Shown here in pieces: positions 21,135 to 31,474 of a stretch of 31,474 bases of DNA. Both the position numbers and the translations under genes were made by a program. The notes under the pieces were generated by a model, which saw only the letters and a program-made list of their open reading frames with translations, made no database searches and was not told where the DNA came from. Within the stretch, counting starts at the first letter, position 1; each line of letters opens with the position of its first letter. This DNA is from Amoeboradix gromovi X-113 (Eukaryota; Fungi; Sanchytriomycota). Location: positions 1 through 31,474 of the forward strand of contig JADGIF010000035.1 in the NCBI GenBank assembly GCA_018985225.1, written 5' to 3'.

Positions 21135-24100
21135 TTAATCTGAATCTTCGATTACAAATACGCTGTCATCGGCTTCTTCCATGTCTTCAAATTGAGAATC
21201 CGACTCTATAGTATATTTGACTTTTCGTATTCTTTTTGTGTGTGCAGCCTTTGGCAGAGATTCATCCATTTGCTTGTCATTCGAAATACTACTCTCATCG
21301 CTAACTTGAATAAAGCTGTCTATTTTTTTGATCTTCCCAACAGTCTTTGTTATAGGTTCATCATCACTAGAGTTTGCTTTGCTGCGCTTATCCTGTAATA
21401 TAACAATTTCATCATCCGATGTGACTATAACAGGCTTGCTACTTTTTGAGTTGGGTTTTTTTCTTTTTTTAGCTGGCTCTAATTCACTAGATGCTCTCTT
21501 TTTTGGTTCTGGAGATTTGCTCAATCCTAAGTTAGTTTCTGTTACGCTGCTCTTTCTTTGCCTTCATCATTAGCATTACTCTCTCTTTTGGATCTAGGTT
21601 ACCAGTTGGTTTAAATAGTGGATCCAGAGTTGTCTGTTTACTTGGAGCAACTACTGATGGAGTAAAAAATGATCCTACCTTTGAATTTCCCACTGGTTTC
21701 ATTTCTGTCTTTTGCTTGGCTTTTTTAGTCTTTTTTTTAGATGCGGTGTTACTTGACCCGCTTTGCAATGGCGCCTGAAGTTCTCTCTGTCTTAATACCT
21801 CTAGAAAATCATCCAAATCTGCATTCCACAAGTCTTCGATGGTCTTCAACTCCAATTCTTCTTTTTCTTTGCTCTTACTGCATATGTCAGCAGATAATGC
21901 ATCCACTTTTTCCTTAGTTAAGCTGTATATAGGCATGTTCAATAAATAATGATAATTTCCCTCGATTTTGTCAAATTGCAGCTTCAGTAACTCTGATTCT
22001 ATAATTGACTGCTTTTTATTTTTAATTATCAGCTCGTCGTTTATGATTAGCATGATAAATCGCTGCTTATTAGTCAGCAACAACAACTCCTTGCTCATAA
22101 GTTGGAGCATCAAAGTTTTGCGCTTCCTATACATTGCGTATCTCACGGCGTAGAATTCTTTTAGTATATCACTCACAGTGTTGTATCTATGTATCTTGTT
22201 ATCCTTGTCAAAGCACACTAAATTGCTGGTAGATATAGTGCTAGTCAGTTTTAGTTTCTTCACTATATCCTGCTGTTTAATACCCAGATCCGTAAAGTTG
22301 ATAATAAAATGTACTAATTGATCTGTGTGGTATTCCTTGTAATCATGGATATACGATTTGGAAATCCATGCCTCTAATAGTTCTTTGAATGACTGGGTCC
22401 ACACTCCGATCGGTAATTCAGTAACTGTCAGTACCTTATCTTCAAATGAAAACAACCCACTGATCTTGTATTTACCGTCACTTACAATTTCCATTTTACC
22501 AGTCCAGTTGCGATAAAACGGATGCATCTCATTAGGTTCTAACCCGAGCATCATCTGTTTTATATTGTTGACTATATCTACGGGATTATAGTTTGGAATG
22601 TTAGTACTCCAACCAGTTCCGATTCCGCTTGTGCCATTAACTAGAACCATCGGAATAATCGGAATGTAATACGATGGCTCTATATCCTGACCATCGTCAT
22701 TTAAATAGTTTAGCAAGCCATCGTCCTTTGTATTGTATATATGTCTGGTAGCGGGAGACAATTGCGTAAATATATACCTTGCACTTGCAGCATCTTTGCC
22801 GCCATTTAGTCTAGTACCAAATTGACCAATAGGTTCTAACAAGTTTATATTGTTACTCCCAATAAAATCTTGAGCCAAATTTATTATAGTCAGGTTGAGA
22901 CTTTGCTCCCCATGATGATATGCACTGTGCTCAGCTACGTACCCACTTAACTGCGCTACTTTGACCTCATTTACTAAGTTACGCTTAAAGCACCCAAATA
23001 AGACCTTACGTTGACCTGGTTTTAAACCATCAATAACAGAAGGAATAGATCGAGCATTGTCTGCCATACTAAACAGTATCAACTCTTTATTAATGAATTC
23101 AGTAATAGCTAGATGCTGCCTGCTATGATCCAAATAAGTACCAGGTATGAAGTTGCTCAGCCACTCTTTACGCTCGTCTGCTTTACTTTTGCTAAAAGCT
23201 AGTAACAACGCTTCTCTATCGATCGGTGTACTAGGAAGAAAGGGCTTAATATGTGTAGTCAAGTTACTAAAATAAACCTTGGCATCAGCAGCCGTCGAGG
23301 TACCTAGACCCTTGTAATACTTGCACGACCATCCTGTTGAGTGAGATTCTTTCCAAGAATTATATTCCGGAAGAGTAAAGAATATTTCGCTCTGTTTTGC
23401 CCGTGAATTGGTTGCCTTGATAATTGGAGTAACAAACTCCTTTAGGAACCCATCAACTTGTAATAAACTTGGCCAGTAAGTGTCCAAGAAATTAATAATT
23501 AATCCTTTAATATGACTACCGTCACTATCTTGATCAGCCATCATCATTATGGATCCGTATCGTAGAGAATCCACATTGGTATACTTCTTGTTGTGCTGTA
23601 ATCCCAATATCTTTTTCAAATTTTGTATTTCTTGATTAGCAAGAACCTGATTGGTATTGGCATCCCTGGTATTTAAAAGCTTACCGCGTAATGGAAAACA
23701 TCCATAGTTATCTCTGCCAACTACACTAATGCCACAAACGGCCAACGATTTGGCACTGTCTCCTTCTGTTAGTATTAATACGCAGTTCTTAGCCAGTCTT
23801 GTGCCGGCATTGTTAGCGTCGTCTAACTTTGGAATTCCACTAATTACACTGCGCTTGGAGCCATCAGTCTTTTTCAAGTCTTTATTAGTTTTTAACTTCA
23901 AGAAATCAATACATTGCTCAACTATAGAGCTAGAAATCAACTTCTTGATAAATGCTTCGGAGGGTTCGTATTTGCTTCCAAACTTGGACTGAATTGTAGT
24001 CAAGTGCTCTTTGGTTTGTGAATCAAACGAGGGATTCTGGATTAAGCAATTAATAAACAAAAACATCTGGTTTTTTATCTGAAAGTTTTTCAAGTTACTT

Positions 24101-25140
24101 TTTTTATGTTTCTTCTTGATTTGCTCATGTACTAAATCAGCAAATTTATCGCTAATCTTCAAAACATGAGGACCGCCTTTAAAAGTATTTATATTATTTA
24201 CAAATGAACAGTGTTGAAACTGACCATTACTAGGAATGATTGCAACTTCCCAATTAGGTTGAATATCAAACAAAACAGTGGGAGGTACCTCAGAATCGTT
24301 TTCTAATTGAATTGCTTCGGAGTATAAAGAACAATAATCCTTGAAGTTTTTGATAGGTATTTTGTTACCGTTTAAATAAACGTTGATTGACTTGACAGTT
24401 CCAGCTAGATCAAAAGCCCTTTTAGTCATCAAACCCACAATATCTTCATCAAGTAGTTTCATGTTGAATTTATCAAGATCAGGATAGAACGTAACACAGG
24501 TATAGTCCTTTGATTTGCAGGGAGTGATAACAGGAGTATTAATAACACTCATGTTAGAATCGAAAACCTGAACGTATTTTTTTGATTTTTTGGAATCAAC
24601 AGTTTCGACAATAAATTTTGAACTAAACACGTTGCATAATTTAGCGCCATATCCATTTCTACCACCTGTAGTTTTCTTTTTAGAGTCATCGAAATTACTA
24701 CTAGTTAATAAATGCCCAAAGATTAACTCAGGAACCCAGACTTTCTCTATTGAATGTTTCTCGATAGGAATACCCTGACCATCGTTCTTGACGCTAACTC
24801 TGTTCTCTTTAACGTTAATTTCGACTCTGATTTCCTTCATATTTTTGTCTCGCTGAGCATTGTCCGCGGCATTAACTAAAATTTCATCGAATATTTTATA
24901 CAAACCAGGAACAAATGATATGGTCTTTTTTGTCATCTTGTTGTTGTTGTCTACTATCCACATTTCCTGTGTCGCTTTCTCTATTGAACCAATGTATGTA
25001 TCTGGACGTAATAAAATATGTTCTAATTGTGTCTTTTTTTGATAAATATGCTCAACAGATCTATCAGATGCAGTCTTATCGACCTTTAAAAAGCTTATTT
25101 GGCTTTCTTCATCAAAATCTGAAGTTTCTGTAGATGACAT
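21135..25140 (-). CDS. TOP2: DNA topoisomerase II; 2 exons (25140-21546, 21526-21135), 1328 aa
   Basis: EHILLRPDTYIGS, GGRNGYGAK, EGDSA, PLRGK and ASARY; the charged CTD ORF joins in frame through a 19-nt intron. Confidence 0.97.
21527..21545 (-). other. 19-nt intron in TOP2
   Basis: GTAACAGAAACTAACTTAG with a CTAAC branch motif; splicing gives ..EQR LSKSPEP.. in frame. Confidence 0.9.
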
Positions 25141-25312
25141 TGTTAGAACCCCCGAATTTGCAAAATTAAATCACAAAAACATCCAAGAGAAAAACTGGAA
25201 TAACTAAAAATTTCAACATTCCCAATACGAGTATCTTTCCTTGCAAAATTTTACTTCAATAATAACAACTAGATCAAGTATTTGAAAATAGGACTTATTG
25301 ATAAATCCATCT

Positions 25313-25794
25313 GGGACATCAAATATAAAAACTGGACTAACTTTCTGTAACAACTTTGAACATTACTTCAGCTTTATTAATTCTATGGATTTAAGAGGCG
25401 AGTGGATATTCAGCTAGTTGCGGAGTTGACGAGTATAAAAGGAAAATAAATATTCTGTACAACTATTCTCTTACCCTTTCATCCAATCTTTATCTCAAAT
25501 AAAATATCACTATTACACTGTAAAAACTAGAATAGATAAGAGTAATGATGTCAGTATAACATTAAATGACTCTAGAAAAGAGTACCGTCTAAGAAAATGC
25601 ACCTTTTGCTTAGATGCTCAAAAGACCTCATATATTTGAACGAGATGCAGGGTCTTCTACTTTTATTTTGAAAAGAGGAATACAATCAATGAAAGAAAAT
25701 TGGTATAATAGAAAATCTTTTATTAATGATAGTATCTCCTCTGTATGGAGCACCTTTAAATACGAGTTAGTCTAGTTTTTATATTTGGTGTCCC
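25313..25794 (+). mobile_element. TIR element copy E5, complete (482 bp), opposite orientation to E1-E4
   Basis: GGGACATCAAATATAAAAACTGGACTAACT ... AGTTAGTCTAGTTTTTATATTTGGTGTCCC; colinear with E4. Confidence 0.92.
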
Positions 25795-25938
25795 AGATAA
25801 TACCATCTGCTAAAAGCATTCTAGCCATTTGGCGTAATAGAGAAGACCTAAATATCCTGCATTTGCTCAATTAAAACCTCTAGCAAGAATCACTACTGAA
25901 GCAATAAAATCTATGTAGTCACGGTAGATATCATTTAT

Positions 25939-27561
25939 TTAGTATGGTATTGAGCACTTCTTCCTATACATCCCACGCCCTAATCTTCCAGCGTGTCTAA
26001 TATACCGACCACTTCTCCTTGCGTGTCCTCTTCCTCTTGTAAATCTTTCAGCTCTTCCTCTCAAAAGTCGACGACCTCGAATACTTCTTCCAGATTCAAG
26101 CCTGCTCTCGATAGCGGTAAATTGTTTTACACCAATGTCCTTTCTTCTATCCTTATGCTCTGCTCTTAGCTTAGCGACATCATTACTTTCATTTTCTGGT
26201 AGTGTAACGTTGAGTAAGTGATACTTTCCATAGTTACTCTCATTTACATTTTGTGCTTCCAAATCTAAAACGGAACTTACTGAATCCTTGCTTAATAATT
26301 GTAACTTTTTATGTTTCAGCTCAACAAGATGTTCAGGGTGTATCTTCAACAAAGAAGCAACCAAAAATCCAACTTGGAAACCCTTTTCATAGCTTGGCGT
26401 ATCATATATAGAATATCTATTATTTTCAGTAATGTTTGAATAACTTGAAGAAAAATCAGCAGAAAGGTCCAGCATTTCGATTTCTTGATTATTAAAACAA
26501 GGCGATATATCAGGGAAGGCCAGGTTAGCGTCAGCTTGCAAGGATTTCTGGAATTTGTATATTGAACTTACATCAATGCTTGAGGATTGACCCATACTGA
26601 AAGGAATGAGCTTCAATGCCATGTCCCTATTAAAATAGTCAAACTCTTTGGGTGGGTGATTGATATAGTAGTGCTGTAATGGATTAAACAATGGAAAATC
26701 TGATTTGTTTTGATTTAATTCGAATTTAGTCATATTATAAGGCAGCTTTATAGCATACAAAGATGACAAATCTTTGTTGAAGCTAAAGTCGTACGATTTA
26801 CAGGACACGCGAACGTGTTTAAATGGGTTTCTAATTCCCAGCTGCACTTGTAATCCAAACAACTTGGGCAAATGATTGCCTTGAGTAACATTGAGCACTT
26901 TTGTGTAAAAAGGCTTTATGTCAACAATATTAAAATAATTCAGATCTTTGCACCATCTATACAAATTGTCTGGTAATTCAAGATAAAGTGCATTGTACAA
27001 GCAAGCAATTTCAGTTATCCCATTAAAACAATATATATTAACATTATTGTTGCTCAATTTGCAAAGCACACTAGAGAACAAGAACTGGATGCCTTGATGA
27101 TTTACTTGGTACTGGCCAGGGATGTATCGCAGGCCATATAACGCATGTATATTAAAATCCATACCAGTCTTTTGTAAGTACTCGCGGTTCTTAGCATTTA
27201 GGGTGACACGCTCGCCAGGATATATTCTGAAGTAGTAGTTGCTACATATGTAGCCTTTTTCAGTTTTGGACCAGAAACTGACACTCCAAGACCAAATACA
27301 GCCATAAGTGGAGATATACTTGAGGGTATTATATTTGTCGTCAAGCTTAGGGGCATGTAACTTACCAGGAGTACCCATGGTGCTATAATCTGACTTCATA
27401 ACACAGTAATCACATTCATTCGCATCTTGATTAACTTTTGCAACAATGTCATCATTAAAGTTTCTTGAATCTACGACTGTTACATCAGGTCTATCAAATC
27501 CATGGAGTCTTGTAATTTTTAAATGGAACTGAGAATCATTCGGTCTAGAAATAGCCAACAT
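25939..27561 (-). CDS. CAF1-family (TOE1/PARN-like) ribonuclease homologue with degenerate active site
   Basis: YLQKTGMDFN..YGLRY and YCFNGITEIACLYNALYLELPDNL...IVDIK match the family blocks; Arg-rich tail. ATG at 27561. Confidence 0.7.
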   Translation of the reverse strand: MLAISRPNDSQFHLKITRLHGFDRPDVTVVDSRNFNDDIVAKVNQDANECDYCVMKSDYSTMGTPGKLHAPKLDDKYNTLKYISTYGCIWSWSVSFWSKTEKGYICSNYYFRIYPGERVTLNAKNREYLQKTGMDFNIHALYGLRYIPGQYQVNHQGIQFLFSSVLCKLSNNNVNIYCFNGITEIACLYNALYLELPDNLYRWCKDLNYFNIVDIKPFYTKVLNVTQGNHLPKLFGLQVQLGIRNPFKHVRVSCKSYDFSFNKDLSSLYAIKLPYNMTKFELNQNKSDFPLFNPLQHYYINHPPKEFDYFNRDMALKLIPFSMGQSSSIDVSSIYKFQKSLQADANLAFPDISPCFNNQEIEMLDLSADFSSSYSNITENNRYSIYDTPSYEKGFQVGFLVASLLKIHPEHLVELKHKKLQLLSKDSVSSVLDLEAQNVNESNYGKYHLLNVTLPENESNDVAKLRAEHKDRRKDIGVKQFTAIESRLESGRSIRGRRLLRGRAERFTRGRGHARRSGRYIRHAGRLGRGMYRKKCSIPY

Positions 27562-27822
27562 ACAATAAAGTTGTTTCAAAAAATAAACAACGCAATAGCA
27601 GCCTCTACACACTTAAAGATCGTACATATCTTTAGACAACGCTGTGAGGAATTAAATTCTTACAATTTCGTACCAGAATGGAATAAGGAATTTCCATTTT
27701 TCTAGTACCGATTTTAAGTAATTCATAATCTAATTCTTGAAATGAAGTGCTCTAAGAAGAAATTATGAGCCGTTTATTCTCAAAACGGATTGCAAAGCAA
27801 TTATCCCTTCGTTTCATATTTA

Positions 27823-28730
27823 ATGGTTGAGAAGAAATCCATAAATTGGACAAACCTGGCGGTTGGTGGGTTTATTCAAATTTTAGAGGTGTCCACTCTT
27901 GGTCAACCGTTCGAGGTTCTGAAGACACATATGGCTGCCCAGCGTGGAGATAACTTAAGGGCAGCAATTCGTAAAACTTACCAACGAGGCGGTATATTTG
28001 GATATTGGCAGGGATTGGTTCCTTGGGCCTGGATAGAGGCAGGAACGAAAGGTGCAGTATTAATGTTTACAAGCTATGAGGTTGAGCACATTTTAAAGAA
28101 TTTTGGGGTTTCGAGCACTCTAGCAGCTGTCTCTGGAGGTGCTATCGGTGGAGTGGCACAAGCTTACACTACCATGGGATTTTGTACATTTATGAAGACT
28201 GTTGAGGTTACTCGCCTTAAGGATGGTAGGGGAACATTAGAAGTTGCTGCTTCCGTTTGGAAAGCAGAGGGCTGGAAAGGAATGAACAAGGGTGTAAGTG
28301 CAGTAGCTCTACGCCAAATGACCAACTGGGGTAGCAGATTTGGTATCTCAAGATTTGTGGAATCGCTCATGAAAGGTAGTTCTGATAGAAAGCTTTCAAG
28401 ATCTGAAAAGGTATTATCCAGCGCCATAGGTGGCGCTTTAGCTTGCTGGAATCAGCCGTTTGAAGTCATTAGAGTAGAAATGCAGAGTCAGCTGAAAGAT
28501 AAATCTCAAAAAAACTTTGGGTTCATCGACACAGCCAAGTTTATTTATTCAAGAAACGGAATTTCAGGATTTTATCGTGGTGTGACACCTAGGGTATGTC
28601 TTGGTGTATATTTGACAATTTGCATGGTATCATTTAATTTATCTAGGTGTTTGGTGGTGATGAAGCCAAGGCAGCAGTAGCAAAATGGCAAAAAGACAAA
28701 AAGTTGAAGCAATCAAGTAAAGATATTTAA
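27823..28730 (+). CDS. YHM2: Mitochondrial citrate/oxoglutarate carrier; 2 exons (27823-28626, 28647-28730), 295 aa
   Basis: TLGQPFEVLKT, PWAWIEAGTKGAVL, TMGFCTFMKTVE and RQMTNWGSRFG; the spliced end CM|VFGGDEAK matches the Yhm2 C-terminus. Confidence 0.93.
28627..28646 (+). other. 20-nt intron in YHM2
   Basis: GTATCATTTAATTTATCTAG; restores the conserved MVxxGDxAK. Confidence 0.88.
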
Positions 28731-30153
28731 TAAAACTATCCCGAATACGTACTGGAATGTAATTAAGTTTCCATTAGACACTTCTTTGACCGCAATCTCT
28801 TGTTCCAATTTTGGAATGACTGATTTGTTAGTCTTGACATCAAACACGGGTTGTTCTGTTATATTACCAGTATACATTTTTAGATAGTTCAATTGGCTTT
28901 CAATATATCTTGCGTGTTCAGGCACCATTCCTAATTTTTTATAATCTTCATCAGTGACATTATTGTTGATCACAGTAAAAGAAGAGTTATCAAAGTAATC
29001 TCCGATGTATTTCACAGCAGAATCCCACTTAGCCTCGCTTTTTTGGTCTGAAGAGTAAATGAGATGTAAACCCTGAAAAACGTCCAAATCTATATCTACC
29101 TCAATTTTCTCAATGCTATCCACTAAATCAATTTCGCTCTCAAACTCGGTTTCTGTAGCCATTGGTTCTTCTTCCATCTCATTAATCTCAATAGAAGGCA
29201 TTTCTGCTATCTCCAGTTCAATCTTTTGATCTATGTCACCAGACCCTATGGTGACATTTCTGGATTTCTCAGACTCTTCCTCTCTTTTGTATATAATATT
29301 AGATTTGACAATCTTCTTCTTAAACCTGTTAGGAAAGGATCCCTCGTATTTAACACAGTTGTATTTCATTGTAATAACGTCCACGATTTTATTGTTTAAT
29401 ATAGGCAATGGTGCGTTCTTCCACCAGGGGGTAAAACTTTCTGCTGTCCACATGTTATGGACATATTGATATTGTGATAAAGCCTATATTAGGATAAATT
29501 ACATAATCAGAAAAGGTGTGGTGAACATAAAATGCAAAATCATTATTACTATAGGAAACGCCCATATCCCCTCCCAAATGCATATGAAACAGAGCATGAG
29601 GCCCATTTTCTAATAGTTTCCCAAAATATTCGACTCCATTTGGAGTAGCTACAATATTGGCTATGACACCCCCACCAGAAGGAAGTATATCTCTTCTCAG
29701 CCTTCTGGATATGCAATGCCTGAATGGGTAATTAACAATATTGTAATCAAAAGGACCTCCCTTGACGCATCTATCTGGTCCAACGGAACCGAGGTAATAG
29801 TCGGAAAAAATCTCAGTTTTATCAAAATTCCACTTAAGCTTATCGGCGTCCTTGGCCCAGTTCCAATAAGGTAGTGTCACATTAGCATCTATCTTTCTCA
29901 TCTCTGTCTCAAAATTATATATAAACTGTCTATGCCATGGCATAAAGTAAACGTTGTTATGAAATCTGCTAAAAAATGAGTGATGAATTTCTGCAAATCT
30001 TCTGAACACCCCATTTTTCTTCAACTGGTTAACAACTCTCTTAACAGTAGACCATTCTTGCTTGCTTAGCTCTCTGATCTCTTTCCTAATTCTTGGGTTA
30101 TTGCAGCCTACCTTAAATTGTGCAAAAATGAGAGCGATCATCAAAAGTAACAT
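28713..30153 (-). CDS. Secreted tyrosinase-family di-copper protein; 2 exons (30153-29503, 29483-28713), 473 aa
   Basis: Signal-like N-terminus, IRKEIREL, CuA H..FH..FMPWHR, LPYWNW, CuB PHALFH..GGDM..FYVHH; hydrophobic C-terminus. Confidence 0.9.
29484..29502 (-). other. 19-nt intron in the tyrosinase gene
   Basis: GTAATTTATCCTAATATAG; joins HHTFSDY|ALSQYQYVHNMW in frame with the downstream ORF. Confidence 0.9.
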
Positions 30154-30239
30154 TTACGTTTCGCAAAACCCCATAGTTGAACTAACGGGTATACCCAATT
30201 AGAGGGACTTTTTGAGGAGAGCAACTTTGTTACCAAGTA

Positions 30240-31325
30240 ATGATCACAAAGATCTCACTCATATCTGATAAAGGGTTAATGGATCTAACCAAGCAGTATC
30301 TCTTTGAAAAACAACTGGTGGCAATACCAACAGAAACTGTATATGGTTTAGCAGCGAAATTAGAAGTTGAAGCGATCTCTAAAATATTTGAAGTAAAAAA
30401 AAGACCAATGGATAATCCATTGATAGTGCATATTTATGATAGAACAGAATTAACTTGTCTAGTTACTGAGATTACTGAAACTCAGACCCTTCTTATGGAC
30501 AGATTCTGGCCAGGTCCTCTAACACTTTTATTTAATGTTAAGAAAGCAGTGCCAAAGATAATTACAGCTGGGTTAGACACAATAGCAATTCGTTGTCCTG
30601 CGCATCCAGTTACTCGAGAGATTCTAAAGAACTGCGGCCCACTAGCTGCCCCTAGTGCAAACTTAAGCGGGAAACCATCTCCGACTACAGCGCAGCATGT
30701 GTTTACTGATCTCGAGGGCAAAATACCGCTTATTATTGATGGAGGACCGTGCTCTGTCGGCCTAGAGTCGAGCGTCTGTAATCCGTTAACAGATCCACCA
30801 TGTCTCTTAAGACCAGGTGTAATCACACTTTCCCAATTACGGCAGATAAAAGGAATGGAAAATTGTGTATCTAAATTCGAGGGCAAGATGGCTATGGCCC
30901 CTGGGATGAAATACAAACATTACGAACCCACAATACCTGTGATACTAGTGGTAGCTGACTTTATAGATTATTCTGTTCTTAAAAATGTTGCACAACCTTT
31001 TGCGATAATTAGAGATGCCACTCTTCCTATTACGAATGATGAATTACATTATCAGTGCATTAAGGGCTGTATTGCTGATATTTCGCAAACATTTGAACTT
31101 TCTAAATCAGACTCGGTTCAGTATTTAAATCAGCCGATTGCGGGAAATGTGGAGATATCTATAAGCGATATGAGAAGTAGTTTATTTCAATTTTTGCGTA
31201 TACTTGATGGTGAAAATAACTTTCCTAAAAAGGCATGTATTGTTGCATATTTGAGGCCTGAAAACAATGAAGACTTGTACAACAGACTCTCTAAAGCATC
31301 CAGTTTAATTTTGATTGCATGCTAA
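30240..31325 (+). CDS. SUA5: Threonylcarbamoyl-AMP synthase
   Basis: PTETVYGL, KKRPMDNPLIVH, FWPGPLT, APSANLSGKPSPT and APGMKYKHY. Confidence 0.96.
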   Translation: MITKISLISDKGLMDLTKQYLFEKQLVAIPTETVYGLAAKLEVEAISKIFEVKKRPMDNPLIVHIYDRTELTCLVTEITETQTLLMDRFWPGPLTLLFNVKKAVPKIITAGLDTIAIRCPAHPVTREILKNCGPLAAPSANLSGKPSPTTAQHVFTDLEGKIPLIIDGGPCSVGLESSVCNPLTDPPCLLRPGVITLSQLRQIKGMENCVSKFEGKMAMAPGMKYKHYEPTIPVILVVADFIDYSVLKNVAQPFAIIRDATLPITNDELHYQCIKGCIADISQTFELSKSDSVQYLNQPIAGNVEISISDMRSSLFQFLRILDGENNFPKKACIVAYLRPENNEDLYNRLSKASSLILIAC

Positions 31326-31343
31326 TTTCAATCATCAACAAAT

Positions 31344-31474
31344 GAGACATCAAATATAAAAACTGGACTAACTTTCTATAACAACTTGGAACATTATTTC
31401 AGCTTTATTAATATTATGGATTTAAGAGACGAGTGGACATTCAGCTAGTTGTGCGGAGTTGACGAGTATAAAAG
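31344..31474 (+). mobile_element. TIR element copy E6, left end, truncated by the window end
   Basis: GAGACATCAAATATAAAAACTGGACTAACT followed by the conserved left-end block. Confidence 0.9.

Noticed and set aside
25580-25665. piggyBac-like Cys-rich tail reading RKCTFCLDAQKTSYI*TRCRVF in E5
   Set aside because: It depends on one extra A unique to E5; E2 and E4 give QRPxIFE(RD). The termini are not TTAA/CCY. A loose GYIF/YPGK fragment in E3 needs a frameshift and is not enough.
597-30916. Short ORFs antisense to or nested in real genes, and 9309-9494 inside E3
   Set aside because: They are shadow frames of conserved genes or the antisense of the Fanzor remnant.
1-31474. CRISPR array, tRNA, rRNA or alternative genetic code
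   Set aside because: None seen. The repeats are dispersed TIR elements, and TAA, TAG and TGA all act as stops.

Overview
Gene-dense, AT-rich eukaryotic window using the standard code. The gene set is fungal-like, and an early-diverging fungus with a compact genome is my inference. It holds about 18 genes: UNG1, DNMT2, RAD9, ARC15, SNF2/STH1, DBR1, NBS1-like, LMBR1, PalA/RIM20, ARL3, an orphan, RRP3, CDC21, TOP2, TOE1/PARN-like, YHM2, tyrosinase and SUA5. Five genes that the ORF track splits or truncates are joined by 19-20 nt GTA..TAG introns. The intergenic DNA is rich in mobile-element relics. The main result is six copies of a 375-482 bp element with 30-bp terminal inverted repeats. Overlapping the differently deleted copies reconstructs the C-terminus of a Fanzor/TnpB-type nuclease (YTSK..CxxC..CxxC..ERD). 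All six copies have 5'-CANNN at the left end and none has a TSD. The ORF runs into the right TIR, which has a right-end-specific stem-loop. This fits a non-autonomous Fanzor 'ghost' family carrying an omegaRNA scaffold with a different guide per copy. Three further Fanzor relics (one Fanzor1-like, two Fanzor2-like) and weak MULE and pogo relics are also present. No intact Fanzor or transposase lies in the window. All alignments were done by eye.
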